64,000 nt of DNA from a virus (lineage: Duplodnaviria > Caudoviricetes): IMG/VR virus record IMGVR_UViG_3300037400_004242. One strand, 5' to 3'. Position 1 is the stretch's first letter. The number at the start of each line of letters is the position of its first letter. Position numbers and translations under genes: made by a program. The notes below the pieces were generated by a model. That model had not been told where the DNA came from. It saw only the letters and a list, made by a program, of their open reading frames with translations, and did no database searches. Positions 58,504 through 64,000 of the stretch are shown piece by piece.

Positions 58504-58572
58504 TATTTCTAATTGATAATTTTATTTTGTAAGTAGAAAATTGTATAATTCTTTTAGAAAGGACTAAATAGA

Positions 58573-59016
58573 ATGGCGAATAAAAATAAAAATGATAAAT
58601 TAATTGCTGAAATGCTTGGAGATTTAATTGACCAAAGCGAAGATACAACTGTTGTAAAGAAATATGGGAAAGAATGGGCGATGCGTCCAATTTCTTCAAG
58701 TGAATATTTAAATGCTTTAAAGGATAGTCAAAATTTAAAGCAAGATGAAATCACTCGTGTATTTGGTATGCAGATTGCAATTTTAAAACGCGGTTTAGTT
58801 TCAGTTAATGGTATTGTGTTAACTGATGAACAAAAAGATAGAATTTTAAATGCAATCAGTCCTGTTGTTCTAAACACTCTTTATAATGAGTTTGAAGAGA
58901 TTCGTCGTAAGAATGATGAAAAGTTAGATAAGATTGAAAATTCGGATTCTGAAGATGAAGAAGAAACAGATGAAGAACAAGTAGAAAAACCAAAGATGAA
59001 CACAATTGATGCGTAA
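58573..59016 (+). CDS. Tail assembly chaperone-like protein (short form)
   Basis: KKYGKEW..AILK.GLVSVNGI..KDRIL..V..TLY.EF matches the N-terminus of 45676..46632. Confidence 0.6.
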   Translation: MANKNKNDKLIAEMLGDLIDQSEDTTVVKKYGKEWAMRPISSSEYLNALKDSQNLKQDEITRVFGMQIAILKRGLVSVNGIVLTDEQKDRILNAISPVVLNTLYNEFEEIRRKNDEKLDKIENSDSEDEEETDEEQVEKPKMNTIDA

Positions 59017-59018
59017 AT

Positions 59019-59057
59019 AAAAAAGGATGTGTAAAACAATAGACACATCCTTTTTTT
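59019..59057 (+). terminator. Terminator
   Basis: aaaaaaggatgtgt/acacatccttttttt. Confidence 0.75.
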
Positions 59058-59099
59058 GTATTTTTTTAATGAGATTAATTTTTTAGGTGGGATTTAATA

Positions 59100-62000
59100 A
59101 TGAGTACAGCAACAGCTAGTATTGATGAACAAAATAAATTAAGCATAATAAAACAACATTTTGATGATATGGCAAAGCTGATTGCTGAAGTTAACAAAAT
59201 CTATAGCTCTGCTGTACAATCAATATCAAAAGATAATGAAAGTTTAAAAAAATTACAAGATGTTATGCATCAATTGGAAAACTTTCAAAAGCAGAAAGAT
59301 GCGATGTTTCAATATTTGGATAATGTAAGGGAAACATTATCGCATCAAGATTTATATCAAATTATTTCAAAACAGCAAACAAGTATTAATATAATTATAT
59401 CTAAAATACAAGCATTACAATATGATGACAATTTAGAAGAAGTCGCATCTAAAATTGAAACATATTCAAATCAGATTACTGAATTAGGTAAAGCAAATGA
59501 ATCTGATGTAAAAAATTTCGATACTCTTGTAGCAGAAGATATAAGAAATATACAAAAGCAATTTCGTGATTTCCGTGAAGCATGTATTAGAATTACAGCA
59601 AAGAAATTAACAGTACAGCAAAAAACACAGGAACAGACAAATGAATTAGAACAAAGAATACAGATGATGCAGGATATTCTTTTGAATCAAAAAAATTCTA
59701 GTCAATCTGCTCGTACTGTAAGTTCTAATTTAACTAGAATGATTAATAAGATTGCAGAAGAAGCGTCTTATTTTAATAAGAAAAAAAGTACTGTTAATTC
59801 AAGGTCTTTATTAACTTTAATTCAAAGATTAAAAAAATATCATGATTCAACAAAGAGAAAACCTCATACGATTGCTAATTTTAGTCAAGAAATTAGTGCC
59901 TTAACAGATATAACAAGTTCCTTGCTTGAAGAAGAATATCATTCTTTAATGGCAGATATGAAAAATGGAACGGAAGTTACAGCAGAACAAATTCAACATT
60001 TTAATGATATTTTTACAAAAACATTAGATAAACAGGGGAAGTTTTTAACTGGGAAATCTTTTGATATATTTGTTAAATATATGCCAAAATTAAAAGGCGA
60101 ACATGAAAGGATTTTAACGTCTTTTGAAACATTATATTCTTATCCAAAACTTGTAACGAACGCATATATTGATACTTTAGTTAATGAATTAAAACAATAT
60201 CATGAAAATCCACCTGAAGAACAGTATAACGATTATCAATTAAAACATGCAAAAAAAGAGTTAACAGCAAGTAAAAATTTTGATTATACGAATTATTCAT
60301 TAAACATTTTAGCAAATCCAAAATCTTTATATGCAAGTGATGATGTAAAAAATGCATATAAAGATTTTGGAAGAGATTCAGCTATTTATAATGAACAAAT
60401 TCAAACAATTTTAAAAAATGAAGAAATAGGAGCACAAAGAACAGGTCGTAATGTAGATGACTTATTTAAAGAAGATTTTGTGAATGGTAGATTTACTCAA
60501 CCTTTGTTAAATAATAATGATAGATTGCTTAGTTTTGCACAAAAAATTAATAAAAATGATTTAAAAAAGAACGATGTTGGCATATCAAGCGATGTAGCAA
60601 AACAATTGACAGAAGCAATCCATCAAACATATCGACAGATTCAAATCTTATCTCGTTTTGACCCTGATTCTAAATTATTAGAAGCATTAAAACAACAAGC
60701 AAAAGATTTAGAAGAACAACGTGATGATTTAGTAAAAGCAGGAAAAGATGATAAGTTAAAAGGATATGAATCTTTATTTAAATCTTTTAAAGGTGTAAAA
60801 GGATTTTTTGAAAAAGCGTTAGTTATGATGGGATTGGGTGGATTATTTTCTTTCAATAAATGGAAAGATATGATAAAAACCCGTGCAAATGAAAATGGCA
60901 AGATGATGTATAATAATTTTCTTGCAAATACTGCTATGGGGGCTTCCAATCCATATACTAATTCTTATGATTTGGTTTATAATTATGGTCAAAATGTTTT
61001 TAAGGCTTCTTATGGACAAATCGGTTTTGATGCTTATAGTAATATGTATCAAAATTTGTCTAAGAATTTAATGGGCAGAGCAGATAGGAGTGGTTCTGCA
61101 AAAGCACAAGATGCCATGTACTTTACTTATGGTATGACATTACCAGTTAATATGTATGGGATTAGTGCAGGTACTGCTACAAATTTTGCTTCGGAATTTT
61201 ATATGAATAATCGTATGAGTGCGAAAGAGACTATGGATATGTTTTATGATGTTATAGGTCGTGCTCAAAAATCAAATATTCCGATTGAAAAATATATGAG
61301 AACAATTACTACGTTAAGTCATAAATATCGTGAAATTGGATATGGTGGTAAACAAGTTGCGGCAAATATTCAGTTTATGATAGATAATGGTTTGCGTATT
61401 GAAGATGCTCAAAGTTTGCATGGTGAAATTTTAGGTGCTCAAACAAATTTCTCATTAAATAAATCAAATGCTGTATATTCGATATTAGCAGGACAAACGC
61501 ATAATATGTTTACAGCTATGTTTATGAATTTAAAAACGCATGACAGATTTGGAAACCCAATTCAAGGTAGGCAGAAATTAATTGGCGAACAAATGATGGA
61601 AAAACTTCGTATGACAGATGGAATGTTTTCTAATCCTGTCATGAGAAGATTTAATTACATGCAACAATTTATGGGCATGGGCGTTGGATTAAAAAATGCA
61701 AATTTAATGACAGATGCGGCAGTTAAAGGGGACACAAAAAAATTAGGTGCATATTTAGATGGTGCAGAAGAAGAAAAATTAAAGAAAAATATGAATTTAA
61801 AAAAGAGTGTACAAGGATTTGCTAATGAATTAGCAAATGCAAGCGCACTCTTATCAGAAAAACAAAAAAATCAAGCAAATATGATGTCTGCCGCGAATCA
61901 GATTGCGGAACATTTAGGTTCTCACAGAGAAGGTATGCAAGCGTTCTCTAATATGATTGATACAGCAACGCAAAATTTAATTAATGGTTTTGAGAGATTA

Positions 62001-64000
62001 GTACAATTTATTAATAATTTAGATTTAAAAAATATACCTGGTGCATCAAAAGCATTTGCATTTGCTATAGAACATCCATTGTTAGCATTGGGTGGAGCAT
62101 ATGCAGGTTGGAAAGGATTAAAATATGGAGCAAAAAAATTAACACAGCCATTAAGACATTGGAATGATGTTAAAGATAATGCGGCGGCAAATCAGGCAAA
62201 ACAAGCAAAAGCTCCAAAATCTTCAAATAGTTCTGCTTGGAAAACATTAAAAAATGGAATAAGAAGGTTTAAACCGAGAAGTATGGCAAGATTTATTGTA
62301 GTAGGAACAACTGCCGCAATTGGTTTAGCTACAGCTACAACAGAAGCAAGTCCATCGGAACAATATGAAAAAATACAAGAACAAAAACCAAAATCTGAAG
62401 AAGATGAAAAAAAAGCTCCAAATCAATTAGTGAGTATGTTTAAAAGTGGAAAATCAAATGCTACAATATTAACAAAAGATGGAAAACATGTATTAGTTGG
62501 TAATGAACAATACGCTGATGCAAAATCTTGGTTAACTAGAACACAAGTTCAGGTTGCTACAACAATAGCGGGAATTGCCGCAGTTACTGCGATTTCTATT
62601 CTTGCGTATAAAAAATTTTTTAAGGATATAGGACTTAATTTACCTAAGATTCCAAAATCTCCTAAAAAACCTCCTAAATTAAAAATTAAAAAAATGGATT
62701 TTTCTGACTTGAATATTATTAATCAAAAAATTATGAAAAATGATGCAATTGCAAAATCCATTTTAAGACATCAAAGAAAATTAGAAAAACAAAAAAATGC
62801 AAAAAAATTTAAAGAAAAACAACGTCGTTTAAGACAATTAAGAAAAAAACAGTTAAAATCAGGAGAATTGCGTTCTCTTTGGGAATATTTTGGGAATGGA
62901 TTAAAAGAGCTTCCAAAAACAGATTTACTTTTAATGATTGGGCTTCCTATTCTTGAAGAATTTATGAGTAGTGATGAAGAAGATGAAGAATATGGTCAAG
63001 ATGATAGAACTGCGTTGCAAAAAGTTTCCGCAGGTGTTATTGAAGGAACCCCATATTTTTTATTAAGTCAGGCATTGAGCAAAATTCCAAGAGTTGGAGG
63101 ATTTTTATCTATTGCTGTTCCTTTGGCGTTAGATGTAGCAGAACAAAATGGGTATAAAACTCCAATTTCTGATTTAACATATTATGTTAAACAAAGTTTA
63201 GGCGTTCAAAGAAAGATAAATGCATCAAACTTAGATTACTTAAATAATATGGTAAAAGAAAATACCTTAACAGGAGAAGATTTTGATAAATTAATTAAAA
63301 GTGATACTGAACAAGGAAAATATTTTAGAAAATATTTATCAAAAAATGGAATTGAATATTCAAGTTTAAATGAAACAGAAAAAGCTATTTTTAAAGAAGA
63401 AATGGATGCTTTGCTGAATTTAAGATTAGCAACAGTTCAAGTTCTTGCTATGGCAGTACAAGCATTTAAACAAGCTATGGCGGCAAGAGCAAATGCTCAT
63501 AATCTAGGTGGAGGAGGAGATAGTAATAAGCAATTAACAGCAAAAGGAAAAGAATATATTAAAAATCAGCTTGAAGCATTTTTTCCTGGCGATGATAATG
63601 AAATTACAAATCTTGACATGGCGATTCATACATATGTTTATGCACAAGATTTTATTAATGAACATGAAAGTGAGTTTGATTATGATAAAAAAAGTGCCGC
63701 TTATGCAACATTACGTTATTTAAAACATCGTATTGTTGAATTGAATGGCGGTGAGCCATATGAACTCACAGATGAAGATAATGTTGGATTGTTAGGCGAA
63801 AAATCATATATAGTTAGGGACCCATATGATAATCTTACAGGTCGTTCTGGAAGTAGTGAAGAATTGGCTAATAAAATATCTAATCCAACAGGTTATACTG
63901 GATATATTTCTGCAAAAGAAGCTAAGGAAGGTATTGGAAATACTGCTGAAGAAGATGAAGAAATAGCTAAAAGTGCAGGTTTTTATGGCGCGGCTATGGG
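59100..64000 (+). CDS. Tape measure-like protein 3 (partial, >1633 aa, absent from the ORF track because no stop is reached)
   Basis: ATG at 59100 (MSTATASIDEQ..); contains MMGLGGL, MSAKET, QKSNIPIEKY, GLRIEDA and LVSMFKSG..ATI, shared with proteins 1 and 2; still in frame at the window end. Confidence 0.85.
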   Translation, partial: MSTATASIDEQNKLSIIKQHFDDMAKLIAEVNKIYSSAVQSISKDNESLKKLQDVMHQLENFQKQKDAMFQYLDNVRETLSHQDLYQIISKQQTSINIIISKIQALQYDDNLEEVASKIETYSNQITELGKANESDVKNFDTLVAEDIRNIQKQFRDFREACIRITAKKLTVQQKTQEQTNELEQRIQMMQDILLNQKNSSQSARTVSSNLTRMINKIAEEASYFNKKKSTVNSRSLLTLIQRLKKYHDSTKRKPHTIANFSQEISALTDITSSLLEEEYHSLMADMKNGTEVTAEQIQHFNDIFTKTLDKQGKFLTGKSFDIFVKYMPKLKGEHERILTSFETLYSYPKLVTNAYIDTLVNELKQYHENPPEEQYNDYQLKHAKKELTASKNFDYTNYSLNILANPKSLYASDDVKNAYKDFGRDSAIYNEQIQTILKNEEIGAQRTGRNVDDLFKEDFVNGRFTQPLLNNNDRLLSFAQKINKNDLKKNDVGISSDVAKQLTEAIHQTYRQIQILSRFDPDSKLLEALKQQAKDLEEQRDDLVKAGKDDKLKGYESLFKSFKGVKGFFEKALVMMGLGGLFSFNKWKDMIKTRANENGKMMYNNFLANTAMGASNPYTNSYDLVYNYGQNVFKASYGQIGFDAYSNMYQNLSKNLMGRADRSGSAKAQDAMYFTYGMTLPVNMYGISAGTATNFASEFYMNNRMSAKETMDMFYDVIGRAQKSNIPIEKYMRTITTLSHKYREIGYGGKQVAANIQFMIDNGLRIEDAQSLHGEILGAQTNFSLNKSNAVYSILAGQTHNMFTAMFMNLKTHDRFGNPIQGRQKLIGEQMMEKLRMTDGMFSNPVMRRFNYMQQFMGMGVGLKNANLMTDAAVKGDTKKLGAYLDGAEEEKLKKNMNLKKSVQGFANELANASALLSEKQKNQANMMSAANQIAEHLGSHREGMQAFSNMIDTATQNLINGFERLVQFINNLDLKNIPGASKAFAFAIEHPLLALGGAYAGWKGLKYGAKKLTQPLRHWNDVKDNAAANQAKQAKAPKSSNSSAWKTLKNGIRRFKPRSMARFIVVGTTAAIGLATATTEASPSEQYEKIQEQKPKSEEDEKKAPNQLVSMFKSGKSNATILTKDGKHVLVGNEQYADAKSWLTRTQVQVATTIAGIAAVTAISILAYKKFFKDIGLNLPKIPKSPKKPPKLKIKKMDFSDLNIINQKIMKNDAIAKSILRHQRKLEKQKNAKKFKEKQRRLRQLRKKQLKSGELRSLWEYFGNGLKELPKTDLLLMIGLPILEEFMSSDEEDEEYGQDDRTALQKVSAGVIEGTPYFLLSQALSKIPRVGGFLSIAVPLALDVAEQNGYKTPISDLTYYVKQSLGVQRKINASNLDYLNNMVKENTLTGEDFDKLIKSDTEQGKYFRKYLSKNGIEYSSLNETEKAIFKEEMDALLNLRLATVQVLAMAVQAFKQAMAARANAHNLGGGGDSNKQLTAKGKEYIKNQLEAFFPGDDNEITNLDMAIHTYVYAQDFINEHESEFDYDKKSAAYATLRYLKHRIVELNGGEPYELTDEDNVGLLGEKSYIVRDPYDNLTGRSGSSEELANKISNPTGYTGYISAKEAKEGIGNTAEEDEEIAKSAGFYGAAM

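Noticed and set aside
59059-59087. Late-promoter motif before tape measure 3
   Set aside because: Only imperfect matches (TATTTT-N6-GAGA; GATT-N7-TAGG), so it was not counted.
1-64000. Alternative genetic code (stop-codon reassignment)
   Set aside because: Code 11 gives dense, full-length ORFs, and TAA, TGA and TAG all occur at plausible gene ends.
1-64000. tRNA or rRNA genes
   Set aside because: No cloverleaf with T-loop/D-loop consensus and no rRNA-like sequence seen in the intergenic regions.

Overview
This is a 64 kb piece of a very AT-rich, large (jumbo-type) myophage genome, read in standard code 11 and almost entirely on the + strand. Firmicutes-style SD sequences and sigmaA promoters suggest a Bacillota host, which is an inference. 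The left half is accessory: a nucleoside-deoxyribosyltransferase-like/NUDIX fusion, an all-alpha dNTPase, a DinG helicase, an HD-GYP-like protein, an intact tnpB, two separate 'tandem radical SAM/SPASM pair + Cys-rich protein' modules, and a glycosyltransferase/carbamoyltransferase/radical SAM cluster. The right half is virion morphogenesis: acidic head-type proteins, Ig-like proteins, neck and tail-terminator candidates, sheath, two tube paralogs, two chaperone paralogs and three paralogous ~2000-aa tape-measure-like genes (the third runs off the window). The most notable signals are: (1) an IscB/omegaRNA element with both ends intact whose nuclease core is replaced by a translationally coupled VapD (Cas2-like) gene; (2) the repeated rSAM/SPASM + Cys-rich protein modules; (3) three collinear tape-measure paralogs, two of near-identical length; (4) a recurring intergenic motif TATTTW-N5-TAGA, a likely phage late promoter; (5) a shared K/R-RL-x(1-3)-A terminal tag on acidic proteins; (6) an orphan TnpB-type omegaRNA directly behind two multi-HNH genes. 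All calls come from motif recognition by eye; no searches were run.
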